A DNA stretch of 64,000 bases from Candidatus Krumholzibacteriia bacterium (GTDB taxonomy: Bacteria > Krumholzibacteriota > Krumholzibacteriia > JAJRXK01): contig JBGPIA010000017.1 of NCBI GenBank assembly GCA_041484665.1, positions 1 to 64,000 on the forward strand, given 5' to 3'. Positions 20,079 through 28,883 of the stretch are shown piece by piece; the first letter of the stretch is position 1, and each line of letters begins with the position of its first letter. Both the position numbers and the translations under genes were made by a program. The notes below the pieces were generated by a model. That model had not been told where the DNA came from, did no database searches, and worked only from the letters and a program-made list of their open reading frames with translations.

Positions 20079-21379
20079 TGCTGCTTGCCCCCCGCGGCGT
20101 CCTGGTCGGCGCCGCTGACGTCGATCTTGATGGGTACCCGCGTGCGGTCGCGGAAGCCCAGCACCTCGACCGACGAGGTGTAGTCCCACGCCTCGCCCAG
20201 GTCGTCGAGAATGGTCACGGTGGCGATGTAGTTGCCATCGCCCACGAGCCGGCCCTTGTCGTCGTCGCCGGTCCAGGTCACCCCACCCGGTGGTGGGCCG
20301 TTGCCCGAGACGGTCTTCACCAGCTCGCCGCGGTGGTCGCGGATCTCCAGGCGCCAGCTCTCCACGCGGCCGCGCACGGCGGTCTTGATGTCGAAGGTGA
20401 CGTCGCGCTCGTCGCCCGAGGGGCTGAACAGCGCGCGGTCACGGTGCACCTTCACCCCGTAGGGCACGCCGAAGCGCAGCGTGGCGCTGAGCACGTTGAC
20501 CGCACCCAGCTCCTGGTTCACGAACGCGTAGTCGAGCTGCCAGTTCTCCCAGCGGAACCCGGCGCCGAAGCAAAGCTGCGCGCCCACCGTGTCGTAGCCG
20601 CCGCGCAGGCCCAGCGAGCGCGAGGGCCACACCTCCACGCCGCTCTGGAAGTCGACATCCATGCGCTCGGTCTTGGTCAGGTCGGACAGGAGCAGCAGGC
20701 GGTTGCCGAAGAAGCGCAGCGCGGTCCCCGCGCGCAGGCTGCGCGCCAGTCGCTCAGGCTGCTGATCCAGAGTGATCTCCGGGGCCAGGGCGTTCTGCAC
20801 CGCGAAGCCCAGACTCACGCTGCGCAGCGGGCGCAGATACAGGCCCAGGTCGGCGCCCACGCCCGAGCCCTTGGCCTCGCCCAGCCGCTGCGACGCCGAC
20901 TTCAGAGTGGCGCCGTAGCCCATGCGGCCGTTGCCGCGAGCGTAGCTCAGGGCAAAGACGCCCTCGCTCTCCGTGAAGGTCTCGCTCAGGTCCTCCAACA
21001 GGGTCGCCCGCTCGAAGCCGCCGCTGCGGGCGAAGGTGCCGCTGACGGCGAACGAGCCGGCGCTCTGCGTGGGGACGCCGAACGCGAAGAAGCTGTACTG
21101 CGTGTCCTCGAACAGGGTGGCACCCATGGCCGTGATCTCCATCGTGCGCAGCTGGGCCAGTCCGGCAGGATTCCAGTAGGAAGCCGCGGCGTCGTCAGCC
21201 AGCCCCATCACGGCGTTCCCCAACCCCATCGTTCGCGCGCTGCTGGCGAAGCGCAGAAATGCCCCCGGTGCGCCCGCGTCGTTGGCGGCCCGCGCCGGTG
21301 CCGCGCCCGCGAGCGCGGTCATCGCGAGCGCCAGACAAGAGGCCAAGGAATGGATGCGGCTCGTGCTGCTGCGTCTCAT
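20075..21379 (-). CDS. PorV/PorQ-like outer-membrane beta-barrel fused to C-terminal FlgD-like domain
   Basis: Signal peptide; AFLRFASSARTMGLGNA..AASYWNPAGLAQL PorV/FadL-type start; amphipathic strands to LDYAF..LRFG; then FSPSGD..WRLEIRDHRGELVKT..WTGDDDKG..DGNY. Confidence 0.8.
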   Translation of the reverse strand: MRRSSTSRIHSLASCLALAMTALAGAAPARAANDAGAPGAFLRFASSARTMGLGNAVMGLADDAAASYWNPAGLAQLRTMEITAMGATLFEDTQYSFFAFGVPTQSAGSFAVSGTFARSGGFERATLLEDLSETFTESEGVFALSYARGNGRMGYGATLKSASQRLGEAKGSGVGADLGLYLRPLRSVSLGFAVQNALAPEITLDQQPERLARSLRAGTALRFFGNRLLLLSDLTKTERMDVDFQSGVEVWPSRSLGLRGGYDTVGAQLCFGAGFRWENWQLDYAFVNQELGAVNVLSATLRFGVPYGVKVHRDRALFSPSGDERDVTFDIKTAVRGRVESWRLEIRDHRGELVKTVSGNGPPPGGVTWTGDDDKGRLVGDGNYIATVTILDDLGEAWDYTSSVEVLGFRDRTRVPIKIDVSGADQDAAGGKQQ

Positions 21380-21384
21380 GGTGC

Positions 21385-24300
21385 CTACTTCACCACCGCG
21401 ATCTTGCGGCGCAGGTCGATCCCGGCGCCGCTGACCCGGCAGATGTAGCCTCCGTTGGAAACCACGTCGCCGTTGCCGTTGCGGCCGTCCCATACGAACT
21501 GGGCCAGCTCGCCCGCCGTCACGCTGAGCTGGTGGCTGAACACCACGCCGCCGTAGAGGTCGTGGATCGTCAGGCTGACGCTGCCGGTTTGCCCCGGCGT
21601 GAACAGGATCACCGTGGGCTCGTCCCCGGCGCGGAAGGGATTGGGCCGGTTCGTGATGGGGCGGTCGGTCGTCAGCGTCGCCGACGTGTAGAGCTTCACC
21701 GAGCGCACGCTTTCGCGGACCAGCGACCGCTCCTCGGCGAAGAAGCGCAGCGTATGGACGCCGGGTTCGGCGAGCCCCAGGCCGGCGAGCGTGAACGCGC
21801 CGCCGTAGACCTGGCTGGGCACGGGCGGGTCGGCCACATCCACGTCGTAGTAGATGGCTTGGATCCCGCCGGCATCGCCGGTGGTCGCCGCCAGCTGGAT
21901 GCGCGTGTCCGGCGAAAGGTAGTAGCCGCCCGCGTAGGAGACTGCCGGAGGCGTGAAGCTGAGGACCGTCACCGGCGGCCCGACCACGTCGACCAGGACC
22001 TCGTTGGACGACAGAGCACCCGCCCGCGCGACCAGCCGGATGTCCTGCGCTCCGAAGAGCGTCACGCGCAGGAAGACCTGCGCCAGCCCGCGGCTGTCCG
22101 AGGCCGCCGCCAGCTGGATCGCACCGGCGTCGCCCAGCGTGCCGTCACCCGCGAGCACCTGGAAGGTCACATCATTGCCCGGCACGGGGTTGCCCGCGGC
22201 ATCGGTCAAGCGTACGGCCGCGCGGGCGCGGTCGCCCGAGCGCAGCGGCGTGGCCAGCGGCAAGCTGGTCAGGGGGTCCGCCGTCTGGTCGTACACCTGG
22301 AGCGCGGCCTGGCTCGCCCCCGCGGGCAGCACCACGACGTGGCCGCTGAACGCGGCCTCGCCGGTCAGCGTGTCGGTCACTGCCAGGTAGATCGTCTCGG
22401 CGCGGTCGTAGGAGACGCTCAGGCTCGCGACGCCGCCAGCGGTCGCGGCCGGGAGATAGTCCGGGCAGGTCACGTCGAGGCACCCGCGCGGGCCGTCGGT
22501 GAGCGGGTTCCACTGCGCCAGCGGGATGGGCCGCGGCGCGGAGAAGAGATCGTACGCCCGGAGCCGGAACCCGCGGTCGTCGTTGGTGACGAGCTGCCCG
22601 GTCACGATGTCCACGCGACGGACCTGTGCGGTCCAGCTCTGCCCGGCGCGCACCGTGTCCGGCGCCGTGACCGCGAACTGCACGCCTACGGGAACCACGG
22701 TGAGGACCTCGCTGAACGCCACGCGGCCGCGGGCATCACCCACGCGCAGGACGATCTGCTCGCTGACGCCGTAGGTCTCGCCGGCGATCACGGCCTCTCC
22801 GGCCACGAGCGTGCCCGAGACGATCGAGAGCGTGCCGGTGCCTGGACTGCGGTCGGGCTTGACCGCGGTGAGCGAGAACGTGTTGCCGGCGTTGATGCGC
22901 TGCCCGGTCTCGGGGTTGACCAGCCGCACCGTGACCTGGAAGGACGCGGGCGGGCCAGCCGTCACCACCGGCGGGGCGGGCACGATCACGCGATACTCGG
23001 CCTCGTTCAACGGGATGTCCACGCGGCCCGTCCCGAGCGCGGCGCGCGTCTGGTCGTTGGCGAACACCGCCACCAGGCCGGGGTTGCCGATCACGATCTG
23101 GAAGTCGCGGCTGCCGTTGATGAACGGCGCGTTCTGATCCACGGGATTGACGAGTGAGAGCGAGCTGCCCGAGCTCGACAGCACGATCACGCCGTCGTTG
23201 ACGGTGTTCACCAGGTTGAAGTACTGGTCCACCGCCCGCACGCTGATGGTGAACGGCACCTCGGCCTGCTGCGTGATCGGCGTGCCGGTCTTGCCGCTGC
23301 CGGTGATGGCGCCCGCGTTCACAGTCTCGCCTGGGGCGACGATCTGGATGCGCTTGAAGCCATCCGGCTTCATGTGGCACGTGTTGCTGATCCCGTGCAC
23401 GCCCGAGCTGTCGCTCACGTCCACGAACATGTCCTCGGCCCGCGAGTAGGTCTGGGAGATGCTGCGCACGCCCTGTGCGAGCAGCCCCTGGCGCACGCCG
23501 AGCACTCCGCCGCCCCCGAGCCCCGTGGTGGCGCTGAAGACCTGGACGTTGAACAGCCGGTCCTGGGTCGTGACGCGCTGGCCCGTGTTGCTGTCCATCA
23601 GCTGCACGTCCATGGTGAACGTGCTGGGACCGCCGACGACGGCGCTGTCGGGCAGCGCGACGGCATAGTAGAGACCGCCCGTTTGCATGTGGATGACGGA
23701 GCTGAACGCCTCGCGGCCGAAGCCGTCGCTGACGCGCAGAATGATGTCCTCGACGGTGCTGTAGCTCTGGTTGTTGAGCACGGTCACGCCGCCGATGAGC
23801 TGCGCCTGCGTAATCCCCAGCGTCCCGGTCGCCACCGCACGGTTGGGCTTGAGCGGCGTCATCGTGAAGCGGTGCTGCGCTGTGGGAACGACGTTGCCCG
23901 TGGTCGGGTCGATCAGCTTGACCGTCACCTGGAACCCCGGCACCGGACCGGTGGGAGCGGCCGCGGGCACCGTGATCTCGTACTGGTACGGCGGGTCGAC
24001 CGGGATTCCCACGGACTGGAAGGGCTTGCCGGTGTCGTCGAGGTCGTAGACAGCGACGTCCACGACGCCCTCGTCGGTCAGGAAGCCGTTGAAGGTGCGC
24101 TTCCCGTTCACCAGCGGCACGTCGTTGACGGTGGGGTTGCCCGGCAGCCCGAAGGAGTTGTCGCTGGCAACCAAGTGGATGCGCCCGCCCGCCGCCGTGT
24201 CGTCCAGATTCCAGTACTGGTCCACGGCGCGCACCGTGATGGGGAACGGCTCCCCGGAGCGCTGGCGCAGCGGTGCGCCCGACTTGCCCGCCACGGCGAA

Positions 24301-27300
24301 GCCCGGATCGCCCGCCTCCACCACCTCTCCCGGCGCGACGATCTGCAGTTTCTTGTAGCCGTCGTTGTCCACCGCGAATACCGGGCTCGAGGCGGACAGG
24401 CCCGTGGAGTCGCTGACGGCGACGTAGACGTTTTCCGCCTTGGTGTAGCTCTGCGGGAAGGTGATGTGGCCGTGGTCCAGCCGCTGGCGCGTCGCGCCCG
24501 CCGCCCCCACGCCGGCCCCGCCCAGCGCGCTCGTCATGGTGATATCGAAGTTGCGATCGTCGTCGATGAGAGTGTGGGTCTCGGTGTCGCGCAGCACCAC
24601 CGTCACGGGAAACGTCGCCGGCGGGCCGGCCTTGGGCTGCGGCACCGTGCCGACCGTCACCACGTACTGCAGGCCGTTGGGCTGCATGTGGATCGGGTTG
24701 CTGTAGCTGGCGCGGCCCGACGTATCGGAGATCTGCAGGACGATGTCCTCGACGGTGTCGTAGGCCTGCGTGTTGAGGGTGACCGTGCCCCCGTTGAGCT
24801 GCGCCTGCGTCACCTGCAACACGCCGCTGGAAGGTTCGAGGTTGCTCCGCAGCGCGCGCAGCGTGACCCAGTTGTTGGCTGCCGCGAGCGGCTGACCGCT
24901 GCTGTCCACCAGGCTGATCGACATGCTGAAGGCGCTGGGCGGGCCCACGCGCGCGCTGTCGGGTGTAGCGATCTGGTAGGCCGCCCCCTGCTGCACGTTG
25001 ATCGTCACCGCCTGGCCGGTGAGGTCGGTGTTGTTCAGCGCCGAAGCCGCCAGCGTGATGTACCCCGTGTTGATCAGGAACAGCGGGAAGATGATCTCAC
25101 CGTTGACCATCTGCTGATTGTTGTTCAGCGGATTGGTCGGCGTGATGGAGTTGTCGTCGCTGGCGATGTGGATGTGCTCGGTGCTGTTGTCCACCTGGTT
25201 CCAAAACTGGTCGACCGAGCGCACGCGCAGGTTGAAGGCCAGGCTGGCAGTCTGTGGCGCCGGGCTGCCTGTCTTGCCGTCGGCCTCGGGCCCCCCCGGC
25301 TGCGGCGTCTCGCCCGGCGGCAGGATCATCAGGCGTGCGAAGCTGTCCGGCCCGATCAGGATCCTGCTGGTGTCGGTGCGCGCCGGCCCGATCAGGTCGC
25401 TGACGGCCAGCCGCTGCAGCGTGGCCGTCCTGAAGAACAAATCGAAGTTCGAGGCCCCGCCGGGGTCCAGCGGCTGGTTGTTCGCCGAGATCATCTGGAA
25501 GAAGCTGCTGCTCTCGAAGTGCACCGCTGGCTGATTGGATACTGGGTTCCACCAGGCGTCGGTCGCCAGCACGCGGGCCACCACGGGGGTTCCCGCCGTG
25601 CGGGGCAGCGGTGTGCCCACCTTTCCCGGCACGATGCCGGGGGTGTGCGTCTCGCCGTTGAGCAGGATCAGCAGGTCGGCGTAGGGCCCGGCGAACACGG
25701 TGAACACGTTGCTGCTGTCGGTGCGCGCGAAGACGTCCTCACGGGCGAACAGGCGCACGCCGGCGCCCGCCTTCGTGATGCGGATCGGGCCGCGCCAGCA
25801 GCCCCGGTAATTGCCCGTCCCGAAGCCGTCGCCCATGGACACCCGCGTCGGTGTCAGCACGCCGGTGCCGTTGTTGACGTAGATGGTCACGCTGTCCTGG
25901 TAGTCGGCGACGTGGTTGTTGAAGATGTCGCGCGCGATCACGGTGACGTTGGGCAGGAACGAACCGGCCTGATGGTTGGGGATGGGCTGCAGCACGTCGG
26001 CCGGCGTGGGATTGGCGCGGTTGTTAATCCCGATGTCGAAGTGGTGGATGACCCCGGCCTTCAACGGGATGGTGGTGAAGGCAAAGACGGCACTGCCGTT
26101 GTGGTCGACGCGGATCGTCTGCTGGTTGGGGTCGGCCAGCGTGCGCAGCGTCACCAAGAACTGGGCGGTATTGTCGTTGAGGACCTGCGGGTTGGTGGGC
26201 AGCACCGCCGCCAGGTCGCTGCTGCTGAAGTCCGCCGAGAGCGGCAGCACGGGGTCGACATCCTGCACGGGGTTCCAGTAACCGTCCGTGGCGTAGACGT
26301 GCACGTTGAACGCCACGCCCGCATCCTGGATGGATGGCTGGCCGATCTTCCCGTCGTTCTCGATGGAGTCGAAGATGCCGGGTGCGAGCTGCTCCCCGGG
26401 CGCCTCCACCACCATACGGGCGAAGGCAGCGGGGGACACCAGCAGCGGACTGCTCAGATTGGGCGCCACGCCGCTGGCGGAGGCCTGCAGCAGCTGGTTC
26501 TGGTAGGTGCGAAAGATCACCTGCACGTCGACCGGATTGTTCAGCGTGATCAGGTTATTGGGGAACGCCGGCAGCTGGAAGTAGCCGGTCGGGCAGCTGA
26601 TGGTGACGTTGCGCAGCCCGGGGACGATGTTGGCGTACTTGTCCACCGGCCGGATCGTCACCGGGAAGACCACCTGGCCGGCCGTCACACTGTTGGGCAC
26701 GCCCAGGTTGCCGCTGAAGTTCTCGTCGTTGAGCCCCGGTACCCAGGTCTGCCCGGGATACGTGATCAGGATGCGGTGCAGAGGCCCCGAGTTGACCTGG
26801 AACGCCCCCGAGACGCCCACCACGCCCGAGTTGCTGTCGATGATCAGCCGAGCGATGAACGCGCGCTTAGTCACCTGGACGAGGGCGTTGAGCTGCCCGT
26901 TGACGAAGGTCCGCGTGTTTGCGATCAGGTAGTCTTCACTCTCGTCGGCAGCGCCGATGCGCACCCGCATGGTGACGGCGCCGTTGAACGGGAACGGGTT
27001 GTTGTTGATGTCCTCGGCGCGCACGCGCGCCTGGAACGGGATGGTGGTCACCTGGATGTCGGTGGTGTCCCACACCGCGTAGTCGAACACGAAGTGGTGC
27101 AAGCCCTCGGGGTTGATCACCACGTTGCTCTGGCTGCTGGTGTTGATGGGACCGCCGCCGGTGGCAGTCACGCGGCGCAGCCCGGCGGTGATCAGCGTCA
27201 GCGAGTTGTCCAGCGAGGCGTTGCCAGCCATGGGACCGGCCGCGGGCAGGATGACCCCGAGGCTGGGATCGTCGGTGGACCAGGAAAGCGTGGGAAAGGG

Positions 27301-28215
27301 CCCCGCCTCGACGGGGTTCCAGCGCTGGTCGGTGGCGTAGACGTTGACGCCGTTGAAGGCGTTCCCCGAGACGCGCGGCAAGGGGAGGCCGGTCTTGCCG
27401 GGGCTCACGCCAGGTGTGTGCGTCTCACCGGGCAGTAGCAGCAGCACTTTCGCCAACGGCCCCGGACGCAGTGGCGCGATCACGGCGCTGCCGGTGGCCG
27501 GCGTGGGTTGTCCGGGATAGGACCGCGTGTTGGTCGCGGTCAGCGTGTTGTCCCGGTTGACCGGATGCGTCCCCCAGAACACCACGGGCACGGTGACCTG
27601 GCCCAGGTTGAAGCTACTGCCCGCGACGGTGATCGTGGGCCCCACGTCGAAGTCACCGATCAGCGCATCCAGGACGACGTCATCGCGGAAGTTGAGGACG
27701 GTCTGTCCAGTCTGGTCGATGGCGGTGATCGTCGTCGGGACGCTCTGGTCCACGAACTTGTCGCCGGGCGGCACGCTGATCACGAACTGGCGGACGTAGT
27801 TGTAGCAGTCGATCAGGATCTGGGCGTGAGGGACCGAGGCGTCGTCGAAGTCACGCACCTTGAGTCGCACGGGCTGGCCGGCCGCCAGGAAGCGCACGTT
27901 GTCGAACTGGTGCTCGCCGCTCTGCAAGTACTGGCGCGCGGGCAACACGGCCGGAACGTCGGGGGAGTAGAGCTCGGCGTGGACGAAGTCCGCGTTGACG
28001 TCGGTGGTGCCGTCCAGGTTGACGGCGCGCACCCGCACGCTGAAATCGACCTCCACGGTGGCCGTGGGCCTGCCCTGGACGATCTGGGGATTGACGACCG
28101 TGATCTCGAGATGGTCGAACGCGGCGGCCACCGAAGGGAGCGCAGCGGCGGGTGCGAGGGCCCACGCCAGCGCGATGAAGGTGCCGCGGCGAGACTGCCG
28201 GCGGAAGCGATCCAT
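21385..28215 (-). CDS. Giant (~2276 aa) exported Ig-repeat surface protein with invasin-like Big domain and T9SS-like/FlgD CTD
   Basis: Signal peptide MDRFRR..LPSVAAA; two repeated module types; LTDAAGNPVPGNDVTF..SDSRGLA; CTD NRPNPF..IHDLYG..WDGRNGNG..GGY..RRKIAVVK. Confidence 0.88.
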   Translation of the reverse strand: MDRFRRQSRRGTFIALAWALAPAAALPSVAAAFDHLEITVVNPQIVQGRPTATVEVDFSVRVRAVNLDGTTDVNADFVHAELYSPDVPAVLPARQYLQSGEHQFDNVRFLAAGQPVRLKVRDFDDASVPHAQILIDCYNYVRQFVISVPPGDKFVDQSVPTTITAIDQTGQTVLNFRDDVVLDALIGDFDVGPTITVAGSSFNLGQVTVPVVFWGTHPVNRDNTLTATNTRSYPGQPTPATGSAVIAPLRPGPLAKVLLLLPGETHTPGVSPGKTGLPLPRVSGNAFNGVNVYATDQRWNPVEAGPFPTLSWSTDDPSLGVILPAAGPMAGNASLDNSLTLITAGLRRVTATGGGPINTSSQSNVVINPEGLHHFVFDYAVWDTTDIQVTTIPFQARVRAEDINNNPFPFNGAVTMRVRIGAADESEDYLIANTRTFVNGQLNALVQVTKRAFIARLIIDSNSGVVGVSGAFQVNSGPLHRILITYPGQTWVPGLNDENFSGNLGVPNSVTAGQVVFPVTIRPVDKYANIVPGLRNVTISCPTGYFQLPAFPNNLITLNNPVDVQVIFRTYQNQLLQASASGVAPNLSSPLLVSPAAFARMVVEAPGEQLAPGIFDSIENDGKIGQPSIQDAGVAFNVHVYATDGYWNPVQDVDPVLPLSADFSSSDLAAVLPTNPQVLNDNTAQFLVTLRTLADPNQQTIRVDHNGSAVFAFTTIPLKAGVIHHFDIGINNRANPTPADVLQPIPNHQAGSFLPNVTVIARDIFNNHVADYQDSVTIYVNNGTGVLTPTRVSMGDGFGTGNYRGCWRGPIRITKAGAGVRLFAREDVFARTDSSNVFTVFAGPYADLLILLNGETHTPGIVPGKVGTPLPRTAGTPVVARVLATDAWWNPVSNQPAVHFESSSFFQMISANNQPLDPGGASNFDLFFRTATLQRLAVSDLIGPARTDTSRILIGPDSFARLMILPPGETPQPGGPEADGKTGSPAPQTASLAFNLRVRSVDQFWNQVDNSTEHIHIASDDNSITPTNPLNNNQQMVNGEIIFPLFLINTGYITLAASALNNTDLTGQAVTINVQQGAAYQIATPDSARVGPPSAFSMSISLVDSSGQPLAAANNWVTLRALRSNLEPSSGVLQVTQAQLNGGTVTLNTQAYDTVEDIVLQISDTSGRASYSNPIHMQPNGLQYVVTVGTVPQPKAGPPATFPVTVVLRDTETHTLIDDDRNFDITMTSALGGAGVGAAGATRQRLDHGHITFPQSYTKAENVYVAVSDSTGLSASSPVFAVDNDGYKKLQIVAPGEVVEAGDPGFAVAGKSGAPLRQRSGEPFPITVRAVDQYWNLDDTAAGGRIHLVASDNSFGLPGNPTVNDVPLVNGKRTFNGFLTDEGVVDVAVYDLDDTGKPFQSVGIPVDPPYQYEITVPAAAPTGPVPGFQVTVKLIDPTTGNVVPTAQHRFTMTPLKPNRAVATGTLGITQAQLIGGVTVLNNQSYSTVEDIILRVSDGFGREAFSSVIHMQTGGLYYAVALPDSAVVGGPSTFTMDVQLMDSNTGQRVTTQDRLFNVQVFSATTGLGGGGVLGVRQGLLAQGVRSISQTYSRAEDMFVDVSDSSGVHGISNTCHMKPDGFKRIQIVAPGETVNAGAITGSGKTGTPITQQAEVPFTISVRAVDQYFNLVNTVNDGVIVLSSSGSSLSLVNPVDQNAPFINGSRDFQIVIGNPGLVAVFANDQTRAALGTGRVDIPLNEAEYRVIVPAPPVVTAGPPASFQVTVRLVNPETGQRINAGNTFSLTAVKPDRSPGTGTLSIVSGTLVAGEAVIAGETYGVSEQIVLRVGDARGRVAFSEVLTVVPVGVQFAVTAPDTVRAGQSWTAQVRRVDIVTGQLVTNDDRGFRLRAYDLFSAPRPIPLAQWNPLTDGPRGCLDVTCPDYLPAATAGGVASLSVSYDRAETIYLAVTDTLTGEAAFSGHVVVLPAGASQAALQVYDQTADPLTSLPLATPLRSGDRARAAVRLTDAAGNPVPGNDVTFQVLAGDGTLGDAGAIQLAAASDSRGLAQVFLRVTLFGAQDIRLVARAGALSSNEVLVDVVGPPVTVLSFTPPAVSYAGGYYLSPDTRIQLAATTGDAGGIQAIYYDVDVADPPVPSQVYGGAFTLAGLGLAEPGVHTLRFFAEERSLVRESVRSVKLYTSATLTTDRPITNRPNPFRAGDEPTVILFTPGQTGSVSLTIHDLYGGVVFSHQLSVTAGELAQFVWDGRNGNGDVVSNGGYICRVSGAGIDLRRKIAVVK

Positions 28216-28343
28216 AGGGTCCCCACGCGGAGGGTGTCTGGCCTTCGATGCAACGCAGAGGGCGGTGGTGCGCGATCGCGGCTGCCGCCTGCGGGGAACG
28301 ACCACGCTCGCTGCGCGACGTTCCCCACCGCGCGCGTTACAAC

Positions 28344-28358
28344 GCAAAGCACATGCCA
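28344..28358 (-). promoter_or_regulatory. Putative sigma54 (-24/-12) promoter for the giant-protein/PorV/TonB operon
   Basis: Minus strand TGGCATGTGCTTTGC = GG-N10-GC, matching TGGCAC-N5-TTGC at all but one position; ~130 bp upstream of ATG 28215. Confidence 0.6.
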
Positions 28359-28883
28359 CGGGCGTCTGCGGTGCCAGCGTGTCCGAAGAGGGCACCGACT
28401 TTCTGGCTCTCCCTGGACGAGGAGGCCCACTGCGCGCTTCTGCAAGGCGCAAGGCGGCACAAGAGCATCGCGGTCGGCGCAGGGGTACGCGCATTGGGAT
28501 GAGGAGCGGGGTGGCGGCAGCGACGCTGCTCGTTGCCAGGGATTTCCCGCCGTCCTTCGGGCACGCTGCTGGCGAGTGGGTGGCGTGTGAGTCGCCGGCT
28601 GCGCTCCTCACCAAGCGCGAGAAGCGCGATCGGGTCCCGGGCGTCGATCTCGGGGCAGGAGGCCGTGCAGACGGATCCGCGTGAGGTCGGCGAGTGTCTC
28701 ACGAGTCAGGGACCCCGTAACGGGGACCATGGACTCGTGCGGAAACCGATCGACGCTGCCGCCGCGCATTCGACACTTTGCTACGCGGTCAGCCCAGTGA
28801 GCGCAGCCTGCGGCAGGCCGGGGCTGCCCTTCCCCGCACCTTCCCACTTCGCAGCACCCCGGCGCAGCCGCCATTCTGGACTC

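Noticed and set aside
23374..27438. 1354-aa plus-strand ORF and other long overlapping ORFs (9079-11067, 3707-5410, 21259-23157, 44489-46246)
   Set aside because: Antisense or alternate-frame shadows of well-supported genes in high-GC DNA; no motifs, Arg/Gly/Ala-biased
28216..28614. 133-aa N-terminal extension of the giant ORF as given in the track
   Set aside because: The signal peptide starts at ATG 28215, and the extension is non-coding-like and contains the promoter motif
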